Below, piece after piece: positions 18,932 to 29,121 of a stretch of 64,000 nucleotides of DNA. Position numbers and translations under genes: made by a program. Each line of letters begins with the position of its first letter. Position 1 is the first letter of the stretch. The notes beneath the pieces are model-generated. The model made no database searches and was not told the DNA's origin. It was given only the letters and a program-made list of their open reading frames with translations. The DNA comes from Vulcanimicrobiales bacterium (lineage in GTDB: Bacteria > Vulcanimicrobiota > Vulcanimicrobiia > Vulcanimicrobiales > Vulcanimicrobiaceae): NCBI GenBank assembly GCA_038231455.1, contig JBBRLI010000004.1, forward strand, positions 96,001 to 160,000, read 5' to 3'.

Positions 18932-20647
18932 ATGGTAGCCTTGCGCGCACTGGCGGCCTTCGGGATCGTCGCCCTCGTTCTTGCGATCGTCGCACCGGCG
19001 ATGTTCGCGAATCCGCCGCGCGCGTTTAGCGGGATCTCGCTACAGGAGCACGACGGTGCGTACATCGGTTCGACGACCGTTCGCATCGAGCCGGACTCCC
19101 CGGCCGCGCGCGCCGGCTTACAAACGGGTGATGCGATCTCGTGCATCAGTCCGCGAACGTTAACGATCCTCGTCGAACGCAATGGCGAAACGGCACGCTA
19201 CGTTCCGGGAGCCCGTCCGCTCTGCGTGCGGCGCGACGGTCGCTGGCAAGCCTACTCGGTGACGCCGGCGCAGCATCCCATGAAAGGCAACCAGTACGGT
19301 TCGCTTTACGTGTCGGCGTTGCGTCTTGCCGTGTTCGTGGCGTTCGCGGCGATCGGGATCTTTCTCGTCATGGTGCGTCCGGGTGCGCTGACGTGGATTT
19401 TCTACGCCTTCGCACTTTCGAACGTACCGATACACGTTGCAGGTCTCAATAATACGAATTATCCGGAGCTCGCATACAATATCGTCGATACGCTGCTGCG
19501 ATCGTTCACCATTGCAAGCTCGGCATTCATGTTGCTCTTTGCGCTACTCGTGCCGGACGATCGCGCGCCGAGGGGTTGGCGACTTGTCGCCGCCCGGAGC
19601 GCGTGGCTGCTGGTCATCGCGATGGCCGGGGTGCAGATCGCTCAAGCATTCCGTTTGGATATCACCTTCGCGCGCACGTTGGAAATGGTCCTCGATTGGA
19701 TCGCGACGGTGGGTATCGCGATCGTGCTGATCGCGCGACTCGCCCTAACGCGGGGCGAGGTACGTGCCCGCGTCGCGTGGGCAGCGGGAGCGATCCTTCT
19801 CGGCGCGCTCATCAGCGACTTGCGCCACCGACTACCGCTCGAATACGGCGCGTTGTCCGGCTCGGCGACAATCGTAACGCCCCTCGCCCTGATGTACGCG
19901 ATCGTGAAGCGCCGCATCATCGATATCCGTTTCATCATCAGCCGAACCGTGGTCTACGCGACCCTGACGACGATCGTCGTTGCCATCATCGGGCTGCTCG
20001 ACTACGCGACGACCACGCTCCTTGCCCGCGCTCGCGTGGCGATGGCGATCGAGGCGCTCGTGACGGTGGCACTTGGCTTCGCCCTCAACAGCGCGCATCG
20101 GCGGATTGAAAACGCCGTTGATTCATTGATTTTCCGTAAGAAATATATGGCGCAGATCTATCTACAGCGGCTGGGTAAGACGCTGCTTCGTGCATTACAC
20201 GAAGAGACCATCGACCGCGCACTCGTCCACGATCCCTACGAAAAATTAGGCCTGACGATGTCCGCACTCTTTCGCGCCGAAGGCACGTCGTTCGCGCTTT
20301 CTTGCGCAGCGGGTTGGAGCCACCCAACGGCACAGATCTTCGAGGGCGATCACGATCTGGTTCGCTTTCTGCTCACCGAACGCGCCCCGCTCCACGTGGA
20401 CGAGCTGCGTTCGGCGATCGCAGCGCAACTGCGGGAGAACGACATCGACCCGGCCGTTGTCGTTCCGATATTCCAGGACGACGAGCTCACGGCATTCGCC
20501 CTCTTTGGTCTCCATCGCAATGGAACGCGCCTCGATCGCGACGAGATCGAAACGCTGGAGCGGCTGTGCGAGGCCGGTGCTCAGGCCTACACGCGGGTCG
20601 AAAATCTGCGCTATCGCGCGCTGGCGCGCACGCAGACGACCGTGTAA
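18932..20647 (+). CDS. Multi-pass membrane protein, N-terminal PDZ-like and C-terminal GAF-like
   Basis: IEPDSPAARAGLQTGDAI is PDZ-like; about 8-9 TM segments; VVVPIFQDDELTAFALFG...DEIETLERL is GAF-like. Confidence 0.65.
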   Translation: MVALRALAAFGIVALVLAIVAPAMFANPPRAFSGISLQEHDGAYIGSTTVRIEPDSPAARAGLQTGDAISCISPRTLTILVERNGETARYVPGARPLCVRRDGRWQAYSVTPAQHPMKGNQYGSLYVSALRLAVFVAFAAIGIFLVMVRPGALTWIFYAFALSNVPIHVAGLNNTNYPELAYNIVDTLLRSFTIASSAFMLLFALLVPDDRAPRGWRLVAARSAWLLVIAMAGVQIAQAFRLDITFARTLEMVLDWIATVGIAIVLIARLALTRGEVRARVAWAAGAILLGALISDLRHRLPLEYGALSGSATIVTPLALMYAIVKRRIIDIRFIISRTVVYATLTTIVVAIIGLLDYATTTLLARARVAMAIEALVTVALGFALNSAHRRIENAVDSLIFRKKYMAQIYLQRLGKTLLRALHEETIDRALVHDPYEKLGLTMSALFRAEGTSFALSCAAGWSHPTAQIFEGDHDLVRFLLTERAPLHVDELRSAIAAQLRENDIDPAVVVPIFQDDELTAFALFGLHRNGTRLDRDEIETLERLCEAGAQAYTRVENLRYRALARTQTTV

Positions 20648-20658
20648 TCCACCTTCCG

Positions 20659-21189
20659 CTACGGTTGGGCTTTCGGTTCCTCGCTGACGTGCGGGAATTT
20701 GTGTAATACCACGCGTTCGAAACGGCGCAGCCAGTGCGTGTTCCACGGATCGTGCTTCGAGAGCGGCGGCACGAGAATCGTATCGAGCCCGCAAATGCGC
20801 GCTCCTAAAATATCGGTAAAGAGCTGATCCCCGATCACAATGACCGCCTCTTTTGGAAGTTGCATCAGCTCGAGCGCGCGCCGATAGCCGCCTTGAAGCG
20901 GTTTGCGGGCGTTCGGAACGATCGGAATGTTCAAGAGTTCGGCGACTTCGCGCGCCCATGGGCGGCCGTTGTTCGTGAGCATGACGACTTGGATTCCCGC
21001 CGCTTGCGCGCGCGCGATCCAGGCCGATTCTTCCGGCAGCGGCTCGTGCGTACGATAGCCGACGAGCGTATTATCGAGATCGATCAACGCACCGCGAATT
21101 CCGGCAACGCCGAGTTTAGCGATATCGATTTCGGATATCCGTTCGGCATACGAAGTGGGCCAGAACCAGCGGCGTCCACGCAATCTCAT
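20659..21189 (-). CDS. yqeG: YqeG family HAD-IIIA phosphatase
   Basis: DLDNTLV, LTNN, ARKP, IGDQLFTDILG. Confidence 0.9.
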   Translation of the reverse strand: MRLRGRRWFWPTSYAERISEIDIAKLGVAGIRGALIDLDNTLVGYRTHEPLPEESAWIARAQAAGIQVVMLTNNGRPWAREVAELLNIPIVPNARKPLQGGYRRALELMQLPKEAVIVIGDQLFTDILGARICGLDTILVPPLSKHDPWNTHWLRRFERVVLHKFPHVSEEPKAQP

Positions 21190-22103
21190 CGGATTTTCGG
21201 GATCCGATCTTTGGGCACGAGTACGGCAAGCGCACCGGGGTGCGTCTTGAATTCGGCCGGCAGGCGCGTTGCAGGTTCGCCGTCGGCGAAGACGTGGTGC
21301 GCCTTGCGACCGCGCACTTTGAACGACTTTCCGCGCAGCGTCTGCACTTCGTCGACCTCGGTGAATTTGTGGAGCGCGACGGCGGCTGCGACTTTGAGGC
21401 CGCTCCGCCAATCGGCAACATCGATCGAATACAGTTCCATCACGCCGTCGTCGATCGAGGCATTCTCATTCTCGACCACTCCGCCGAAACGATAGGAGTT
21501 GGCAACCGTCAGTTGCACCGTCTTAAACGCGCGCACGCTCCCGTCTTCCAGCTCGACTTCGAGATGATAGGGATGCACGTGTGGAAAGGCGCGCAGCGTC
21601 GTGATGGGCACGGTAAGCATGCCGAGCTTCTTCTTAAGCGGACCGGTCTGCTGGCGCGCGATGTGGGTCGAGAGCCCGATACTCGCTTCGTTCAAATAGT
21701 ATTTACCGTTGACCGATGCGACGTCGATCGTCTGCACGACACCCTCATCGACGAGCGCGCACGCTGCTTCGAGGTCGAACGGAATTCCGAGCGTGCGCGA
21801 GAGTTCGTTAATCGTCCCCAGCGGCAAGATCGCAAGCGGCACGTTCGCCGCGCGTAGTCCGTCGATCGCGGAGATTAAGGTACCGTCGCCGCCGCCGATG
21901 ATTGCCACATCGATCTTGCCCTGGTGTTCTTTGAGGGCACGGACGAGCGATTCTGGACCATCCATCGGCACGCGCAACACCGTATGCCCGCGTGCTTCGA
22001 GGAATCGGACCGCCTGCTCGGCGGCATCCGCACCCCGGCGTGCACGGGTGTTCACGGCGAGGAAGACGCGTTTGCGTGCACCGGTATCTGGATGACTTGC
22101 CAT
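21186..22103 (-). CDS. Diacylglycerol/lipid kinase (YegS/BmrU family)
   Basis: GGGDGT, LPLGTINEL, FADGE. Confidence 0.9.
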   Translation of the reverse strand: MASHPDTGARKRVFLAVNTRARRGADAAEQAVRFLEARGHTVLRVPMDGPESLVRALKEHQGKIDVAIIGGGDGTLISAIDGLRAANVPLAILPLGTINELSRTLGIPFDLEAACALVDEGVVQTIDVASVNGKYYLNEASIGLSTHIARQQTGPLKKKLGMLTVPITTLRAFPHVHPYHLEVELEDGSVRAFKTVQLTVANSYRFGGVVENENASIDDGVMELYSIDVADWRSGLKVAAAVALHKFTEVDEVQTLRGKSFKVRGRKAHHVFADGEPATRLPAEFKTHPGALAVLVPKDRIPKIR

Positions 22104-22125
22104 CTCGGCTGGTAAAGGTTTACTC

Positions 22126-24192
22126 ATGCGCCGTTTCCTTACGCTCGTTACGCTCGTTCTTATCGCTGCATTTGCCACGATCGCCCGCCCCGCCGTGGCG
22201 GATGAAGGCATGTGGACCCTCGATAACTTCCCAACTACGGCGGTCGCCAAGCAGTATGGCTTCAAGGCTACGCCGGCGTTCCTCGATACGCTGCGTACGG
22301 CGTCGGTCCGCCTGCCGGGCTGCTCGGGCTCGTTCGTCTCGGCCAGCGGCCTGATCATGACGAACCACCACTGCGCGCGCGGCTGCATCACGAACAACTC
22401 GAACGAGAAAAACGATTACATCAAAACCGGCTTCTTCGCGGCAAAACAGCAAGACGAACTCGCCTGTCCCGGGTTTTCGATCGTCTCGCTTTTGACCATC
22501 ACCGACGTCACCACGGGCGTGAACGCTGCGACCGCCGGCACGACGGGCGCTGCGTTCAATGCCGCCCAACGCGCGATCTTCTCGAAACTCGAGAGTGCGT
22601 GTGCGCCCGATAAGGGGACGCAGCAGTGCCAAGTCGTCACGCTCTACAACGGCGGACGGTACGCGCTCTACGCGTATCGTAAATACAGCGACGTGCGTCT
22701 GGTGTTCGCGCCCGAAGAAGCCGCCGCGTTCTTCGGCGGCGATCCGGACAATTTCAACTTTCCGCGCTTCGATTTGGATTGCGCGTTCATGCGCGCCTAC
22801 CAAGACGGGAAGCCCGTCACCTCGCCGAATTTCTTCCGTTGGAGCAAGGCCGGACCCTCAGCAAATGAATTGATCTTCGTCCCCGGCAATCCGGGTTCGA
22901 CCTCACGCCTCGAAACGGTCGCCGAACTCGAGTCGCTGCGCGACGTGCAAAACATCGCCGCATTGCGCAGCCTTTCCGAACGCCGCGGACTCTACTCGCA
23001 GTTTGCAACCGAGAGTCCCGAGCACGCGCGTCAAGCAACAAGCGTGCTCTTCGGCATCGAGAACTCGCTCAAAGCGACCATCGGTCACGAGACGACGCTG
23101 CTCGACCCCACGTTCATGGCGAAGAAACGCGCGCAAGAAGCCGCCGACCGCGCAGCGATTGCAAAAAGCCCCGTGCTTGCGAAAAAATTCGGCGGCGCGT
23201 ACGACGCGATCGCCGCCGCGGAATTGCGTGCGCGCGATCTACAAATTACGTATACATACCGCGAGACCCAAGGCGCCCCGGGCTTCTATCTTGCAACAGC
23301 GCGTACGCTCGTGCGAGCCGCAGCCGAGCGAACCAAACCCGATGCGCAGCGTCTGCGCGGCTTCAACGATGCCGCCTTGCCGCAACTCGTCGCGGTCCTG
23401 GGCGCACCCCGTCCGATCTTCGCGGATCTGGAAAAAACCACACTCGCCTACAGCCTGACGAAAACGCGCGAATTTCTTGGGCCTGACGATGCGTACGTCA
23501 AAGCACTGCTTGGCAACGATTCGCCCGAAACGGTTGCAGCACGCATCATCGAGGGTTCGAAACTCGCCGATCCTGCCGCACGCAAAGCCCTCTACGATGG
23601 CGGCGCGGCGGCGATCGCCGCATCGACCGATCCCGCAATCGTCGTGGCTCGCGCGACCGATGCGATGAGCCGCGCAGCCCGGCAAACGTTTGAAGATCAA
23701 GTCGGCGCGCCGATCGCAAAAAACGACGCGCTCGTCGCGCAGGCGCAATTCGCGCTGCACGGTCTCACGACGTATCCCGATGCAACCTTCACGCTGCGCG
23801 TCACCTACGGAACCGTCAAAGGATGGATGGAACGCGGCGCGCCGGTCGCACCGTTCACGACGTTCGGCGGCGCATTCGCGCATGCAACCGGTAGCGATCC
23901 TTTCGCACTGCCAGCATCGTGGACCGCAGCGCGAAGCACGCTCGATCCGGCAACACCGCTCGATTTTGCAAGCACGGCCGACATCATCGGCGGCAACTCC
24001 GGTAGCCCCGTCGTCAACGCGAAAGCCGAAATCGTCGGCTTGATATTCGATGGAAACATCCACTCACTCGGCGGCGACTACGGCTACGACATGCGCGACA
24101 ATCGCGCGGTCGCGGTCGATTCCCTCGGATTGCTGGCAGCGCTACGCACGATCTATCACGCCGACCGCCTCGCAAGCGAACTTGCCCCCTAG
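22126..24192 (+). CDS. S46 family dipeptidyl peptidase (exported)
   Basis: DEGMW, TNHHC, GGNSGS, GLIFDGN. Confidence 0.95.
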   Translation: MRRFLTLVTLVLIAAFATIARPAVADEGMWTLDNFPTTAVAKQYGFKATPAFLDTLRTASVRLPGCSGSFVSASGLIMTNHHCARGCITNNSNEKNDYIKTGFFAAKQQDELACPGFSIVSLLTITDVTTGVNAATAGTTGAAFNAAQRAIFSKLESACAPDKGTQQCQVVTLYNGGRYALYAYRKYSDVRLVFAPEEAAAFFGGDPDNFNFPRFDLDCAFMRAYQDGKPVTSPNFFRWSKAGPSANELIFVPGNPGSTSRLETVAELESLRDVQNIAALRSLSERRGLYSQFATESPEHARQATSVLFGIENSLKATIGHETTLLDPTFMAKKRAQEAADRAAIAKSPVLAKKFGGAYDAIAAAELRARDLQITYTYRETQGAPGFYLATARTLVRAAAERTKPDAQRLRGFNDAALPQLVAVLGAPRPIFADLEKTTLAYSLTKTREFLGPDDAYVKALLGNDSPETVAARIIEGSKLADPAARKALYDGGAAAIAASTDPAIVVARATDAMSRAARQTFEDQVGAPIAKNDALVAQAQFALHGLTTYPDATFTLRVTYGTVKGWMERGAPVAPFTTFGGAFAHATGSDPFALPASWTAARSTLDPATPLDFASTADIIGGNSGSPVVNAKAEIVGLIFDGNIHSLGGDYGYDMRDNRAVAVDSLGLLAALRTIYHADRLASELAP

Positions 24193-24318
24193 GGAACGCA
24201 GCGTTACGGAGTCTCGGCGGAACAAACGCGCACCGCGTAACGTATAAAGCCACAGGCCCCCGACGCGCAATGAACTCCTGAGTCGCCCAAACCCACTATT
24301 GCACCGTAAGGATTGTTT

Positions 24319-24903
24319 ATGCGAAAGATTCGCTTCGCGATCGCTGCCCTCGCCCTGTCTCTGATCTGCGCGCCTGCAGGCGTGCGTGCCGCCGAGTTTT
24401 CGGATACGATTTGCCCGCAGGCTACCCCCAAAGTGATCGAATTCACCGAGATGGGTGCGCAGCCGAAGATCAACCTCGCCGATCTGCGGAAGGTCACGCA
24501 CGAAGTGGTCGACCGTTACGACGATTGCGCGAAACAAAAATTGGCCGACAAGTACATCGAACCGAAGATGCACTACGCGCAGACGCGCAGCGCGTCGTAT
24601 CTCGTCGTCGCCGCACGCGTCGAGGCGAGCATGACGGACTTCGAGAGCGCGCAGTCCGATCTCGATCGCGCGAAGTTCCTTGCTGCCGAAGTCAGCGATT
24701 GGACGCCGATGTCGCAGTCCTATAGTAGCTCGAATAAGACCGGCCTGAGTTCTGACCATAATACCAGCAAGCGCGATTCCGACTACAAAGAGGCCGCCAA
24801 AGCCATCCTCGCCTCCATCCCCGCTGCTCAGGCGCTCATCCCCAAAATGCAAGTCCAGCCGGCAGCCGACGCGCCGGCACCACGGCCGTCAACGCGCCCC
24901 TAA
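24319..24903 (+). CDS. Secreted hypothetical protein
   Basis: Signal peptide ending VRA, two Cys residues, AAGGA SD. Confidence 0.75.
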   Translation: MRKIRFAIAALALSLICAPAGVRAAEFSDTICPQATPKVIEFTEMGAQPKINLADLRKVTHEVVDRYDDCAKQKLADKYIEPKMHYAQTRSASYLVVAARVEASMTDFESAQSDLDRAKFLAAEVSDWTPMSQSYSSSNKTGLSSDHNTSKRDSDYKEAAKAILASIPAAQALIPKMQVQPAADAPAPRPSTRP

Positions 24904-24933
24904 CTGCCGGGTAAACTCCTTCGCTCGGGCCCC

Positions 24934-24962
24934 TTGTTATCGAACATACGTTCGATTATCAT
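24934..24962 (+). promoter_or_regulatory. Sigma70-type promoter with LexA (SOS) box for dnaE2
   Basis: TTGTTA(24934)-17 bp-TATCAT(24957); TCGAACATACGTTCGA at 24940-24955. Confidence 0.9.
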
Positions 24963-24970
24963 AGGGGCCC

Positions 24971-27900
24971 ATGTCGTCTTCCCCCGGCTATGCCGAGCTC
25001 CACTGCTGGTCGAACTTCAGCTTCCTCGAGGGTTCATCGCACCCCGAAGAGTTGATCGGGCGCGCCCACGCGCTCGGCTTGCGCGGAGTCGCCCTCACCG
25101 ACCGGGACGGCGTCTACGGGGCGGTCCGCTTCGCCAAAGCCGCGCGCGACCTCCCCGGTTTTGCCGCCATCTGCGGCGCCGAGCTGACGCTCGAATTGGA
25201 ACCGCCTGCGCGCGTTCGGGGGCGTGAAAAAGGCGCGCGTCCCGCAAGCGAAGTGCCGACCGATACGCCGCGCATCGTGCTCCTCGCCGAGAACGCGACC
25301 GGCTATGCCAATCTTGCCCACCTCATCTCCGCTGCTCAACTGCGCGGCCGCAAACGCGACGCGCGCCTCCATCTCGAGGATCTTGCGGGTCGTACCGAGG
25401 GGCTCATCGCGCTCTCCGGCGGACGTAACGGTCTGCCCGAACGCGCGCTCATCCGGCGCGACGACGCGCAGGCGCTGGCGTGGGGGGCGCAACTGCGCGA
25501 TGCGTTTCCGGGCCGCTTTTACATCGAATTGCAGCATCACTTACGGCCGGAAGACGGGGCGCTCGTCCAAGCGCTGGTGCGGCTAGCGGCGCAGCTCGAC
25601 GTGCCGTACGTCGCGACCAACGGCGCGGCGTATAGTGTCCGCGAAGATGCGCGGCTGTGCGATATTCTGACCTGCGTCAAATACAAGACGACGTTGCAGA
25701 ATGCCGGTACCATGCTCCGGCCCAACGCCGAGTCGTATCTGAAATCGCCCGCGCAGATGGCGCGGCTCTTCGCTCCATATCCGCTCGCGCTTGCAAACAC
25801 GCTCGTCATTGCAGAACGCTGTGCGTTTCGCCTGGACAAACTCCACGGACAGTTCCCGCACTTCCCGATTCCCGCAAGCGAAACAAGCCACCAATCGTAT
25901 CTGCGCACGCTCGTTTATGCGGGCGCGAAACGACGCTATGCAATGCCGCTCGATCCCAAAGTCGAACGCCAGCTCGAATACGAACTGGGGATCATCGCGC
26001 GCATGGATCTGGCGGGTTACTTCATCGTGGTGTGGGACATCGTACGCGCAGCCGAAGAACTCCAAGTGCTCTGCCAAGGACGCGGTTCGGCAGCAAATTC
26101 CGCGGTCTGCTACGCGCTGCACATTACCGCGGTCGATCCGGTGGGACACGGTCTGCTCTTCGAACGCTTTCTCTCGGAAGAACGCAAAGAAGTGCCCGAT
26201 ATCGATATCGATTTCGCGCATCAAGATCGCGAAAAAATCATTCAATACGTGTACGACCGCTACGGCCGCGAACATGCGGCGATGGCAGCGGAGGTGATTA
26301 CGTATCGCACGCGCTCGGCGATTCGCGACGTCGGTAAGGCGATGGGACTCTCGCTCGCGCAAGTCGATACGATCGTGAACGATTACGACGCACGTGAGTC
26401 GCTCGCGGGTGCGCTCGGTGCGAGCGCCGCGGCGGTGAGCGCGCTCCCCGAGTCGGTGCGCAAACGGCGCGATCTCGATGCGGGGTCGAATCAGCGTCTC
26501 TCGCGAGCGGAGGCGGGCGACCAACCCGCCGCGTCGAGCGGCCGCGCACACACACCGGGCTTCGGTTCGGTCGACGACCTCGCGCGCGACGTGCGAGCGC
26601 GCACCGATCCGTCGCGCGCGATTCCATCCGTCGTCAAACCGCGTCCCCAGCATCTCTACGGGTTCGTTGCCAAAGACTTTGGCCCCGATCCCGATCCCGC
26701 GCATCCCAGTTCCGTGGGCGGAGAACTCGGCGATACGCTGATGGCGATCTGCCGGCGCATCGATGGCTTTCCGCGTCATATGGGTATCCATTCCGGCGGC
26801 ATGGTGATCACGCGCGATCCGCTCGTGCAAGTCGCGCCGGTCGAATGGGCGACGATGCGCGACCGCACGATCATTCAGTGGGACAAAGACGACCTCGGCG
26901 ATCTTGGTCTGATTAAAATCGATCTGCTCGGTCTTGGCATGCTCTCGCTCTTACGCGATGCCTTTACGCTCTTTGGGCGCGTGTATCCGCAGCGGCCGCC
27001 GCTCTCGCTTGCCTCGATCCCGCAAGACGATCGGCCGACGTACGAGATGCTGCAGCGCGGCGATTCGATCGGCGTCTTTCAAGTCGAGTCGCGCGCGCAG
27101 CAATCGATGCTGCCGCGTCTTAAACCCGCGTGCTTCTACGATCTCGTCATGCAGGTCGCGATCATCCGACCCGGTCCCATTCAAGGCGACATGATCCACC
27201 CGTTTCTGCGCCGCCGCAATGGCCTCGAACCCGTCACCTATCCGCATCCCAAACTCAAACCCATTCTCGAACGGACGCTCGGCGTACCGCTCTTTCAAGA
27301 GCAAGGCATGCGCATGGCGATCGAAGCGGCGGGGTTCACGCCCGGCCAAGCCGATCAACTGCGGCGCGCGATGGGCAACAAACGTTCGCGCCAGCGCATG
27401 GCCGAGATCTATCCCAAGCTCATCGACGGAATGGTCGAAAACGGCATCGACCGTGCGAGTGCCGACGCACTCTTTCACATGCTCGAAGGCTTCGCCGACT
27501 ACGGCTTTCCGGAATCTCACGCGGCCAGTTTTGCACTGCTCGCCTACGCATCGGCGTATGTCAAATGTCACGAACCCGCGATTTTCTGCGCAGCGATTCT
27601 CAACGTTCAGCCGATGGGATTCTACGCAACCGAAGTACTCGTCAACGATGCCAAACGTCACGGCGTCGTGGTGAAACCGATCGCGGTGAACGAGAGCGAG
27701 TGGTGGAGTTTTGTCGACAAAGCCGGTTCCTTGCGCCTGGGTTTCCATCTCGTGCGCGGCATGGGCGAGGCGCAGCGCGAGAAACTGGAGGGCGCACTCC
27801 AAAGCGGCGGCGAGTTCGAAGACGTCGTCGATTTCGCGCGCCGCACGGGACTCGCGCGTGAGGCGCTCGAGAATCTGGCTGCGGCAAATGCGTTCTCGCC

Positions 27901-28438
27901 GTGGTTCGATTCGCGCCGCGAGGCGATGTGGGCGCTGCGCGGACTCGACGAACGCGAAGCGCGTGGGGAACTCGGCCGCGGGATGGAGATCGAAGAACCT
28001 GCCGCGCAGTTCGCCTCGTTGCAGCCGCTCGAAGCAACGGCGCTCGACTTGCATGCAACCGGCGTCTCCGACGTCCAGCCGATCGACCATTTCCGCCCCG
28101 AACTCGATCGGCAAAACGTGCTCGCGGCAAACCGCTTACCCGCGATGCCGAAGAATCTGGTGTGCAAAGTCGCCGGGATCGTGATCACGCGTCAACGCCC
28201 CGGCACGGCGAAAGGCTTCGTCTTTCTCACCCTCGAGGACGAAACGGGTCTGGTCAACGTGATCGTGCGCCCAGACGTCTACGAACGCAATCGCCGCGTC
28301 GTGCGACAATCGCGCGCGCTCATCATCGAGGGTGTACTGCAAAAAGATCAAGGCACGATCGACGTGATCGCCAAGCGCTTTTGGCCGCTCGATACGAGCG
28401 GCACGGCCGACAACGTCCGCGCGCGAAACTTTCACTAG
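24971..28438 (+). CDS. dnaE2: Error-prone DNA polymerase DnaE2 (ImuC)
   Basis: YAELHCWSNFSFLEG, GRGSAANS, PDIDIDF, QVESRAQ, YGFPESHA, RQRPGTAKG and C-terminal RNFH. Confidence 0.97.
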   Translation: MSSSPGYAELHCWSNFSFLEGSSHPEELIGRAHALGLRGVALTDRDGVYGAVRFAKAARDLPGFAAICGAELTLELEPPARVRGREKGARPASEVPTDTPRIVLLAENATGYANLAHLISAAQLRGRKRDARLHLEDLAGRTEGLIALSGGRNGLPERALIRRDDAQALAWGAQLRDAFPGRFYIELQHHLRPEDGALVQALVRLAAQLDVPYVATNGAAYSVREDARLCDILTCVKYKTTLQNAGTMLRPNAESYLKSPAQMARLFAPYPLALANTLVIAERCAFRLDKLHGQFPHFPIPASETSHQSYLRTLVYAGAKRRYAMPLDPKVERQLEYELGIIARMDLAGYFIVVWDIVRAAEELQVLCQGRGSAANSAVCYALHITAVDPVGHGLLFERFLSEERKEVPDIDIDFAHQDREKIIQYVYDRYGREHAAMAAEVITYRTRSAIRDVGKAMGLSLAQVDTIVNDYDARESLAGALGASAAAVSALPESVRKRRDLDAGSNQRLSRAEAGDQPAASSGRAHTPGFGSVDDLARDVRARTDPSRAIPSVVKPRPQHLYGFVAKDFGPDPDPAHPSSVGGELGDTLMAICRRIDGFPRHMGIHSGGMVITRDPLVQVAPVEWATMRDRTIIQWDKDDLGDLGLIKIDLLGLGMLSLLRDAFTLFGRVYPQRPPLSLASIPQDDRPTYEMLQRGDSIGVFQVESRAQQSMLPRLKPACFYDLVMQVAIIRPGPIQGDMIHPFLRRRNGLEPVTYPHPKLKPILERTLGVPLFQEQGMRMAIEAAGFTPGQADQLRRAMGNKRSRQRMAEIYPKLIDGMVENGIDRASADALFHMLEGFADYGFPESHAASFALLAYASAYVKCHEPAIFCAAILNVQPMGFYATEVLVNDAKRHGVVVKPIAVNESEWWSFVDKAGSLRLGFHLVRGMGEAQREKLEGALQSGGEFEDVVDFARRTGLAREALENLAAANAFSPWFDSRREAMWALRGLDEREARGELGRGMEIEEPAAQFASLQPLEATALDLHATGVSDVQPIDHFRPELDRQNVLAANRLPAMPKNLVCKVAGIVITRQRPGTAKGFVFLTLEDETGLVNVIVRPDVYERNRRVVRQSRALIIEGVLQKDQGTIDVIAKRFWPLDTSGTADNVRARNFH

Positions 28439-28561
28439 CGGGAAAGCAAACGCTTCACAGATCGCTCGCTGGAAAGCTCGTCCATCCGACCGTCCGTAGC
28501 CTCGTACAGAGTAGCTCACCGACCCCACGTTAGGTTGCCGATTTGTGGGTATGTGGCGGGC

Positions 28562-29104
28562 ATGAAGCACCGTATATTCGCAACGACTCTTGGCCTCGCG
28601 GCTTGCCTCACGCTGGGCGCAGGCGCATTCGCACAGACCGCTCCCACAACGATGGCAACGCCCGACCCGAGCGCGACCACGGTTCCCGCCGTTCTCGTGA
28701 GCCCGCCGCCCGGCACCACGGTGATCCCGGGTGAAGTTCCGAGCGATAACGGTGACGGCATCCGGCGCCTGCTCTCGCAGCAGAATAATTCCGGTGAACT
28801 CGGTAGCGTCACGCTCTTCCGCATGCCGAACAACAAGACGCGCGTCGTTCTCAACCTCAAAGGCGCCAAACCCGGCACGATGCAGCCTGCGCACATCCAT
28901 CGCGGCCGCGATTGCAGCAATCTCGATCCCAAACCCGCTTTTCCGCTAACGACGGTGATGACGTCGGAATCGGGCGGTTCGTCGACGACGATCGTCAACG
29001 CCCCGATTGCAAAGCTGCTCTCGGGCAACTATTCGGTCAACGTCCACGCGAGCACGACGAACATCGCGCGCTACGTGTCCTGCGGGAATCTCTACCTGAA
29101 GTAG
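28562..29104 (+). CDS. Secreted CHRD/Cu-Zn SOD-like fold protein
   Basis: Signal peptide, Pro/Thr linker, QPAHIHRG.DC...NVHAS...YVSCGNL. Confidence 0.6.
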   Translation: MKHRIFATTLGLAACLTLGAGAFAQTAPTTMATPDPSATTVPAVLVSPPPGTTVIPGEVPSDNGDGIRRLLSQQNNSGELGSVTLFRMPNNKTRVVLNLKGAKPGTMQPAHIHRGRDCSNLDPKPAFPLTTVMTSESGGSSTTIVNAPIAKLLSGNYSVNVHASTTNIARYVSCGNLYLK

Positions 29105-29121
29105 TCGTACATCATCCGGTT

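Noticed and set aside
26400-26720. Possible intein in DnaE2
   Set aside because: No N-terminal C/S block, no His-Asn/C-S-T junction and no LAGLIDADG motif; the sequence is low complexity.
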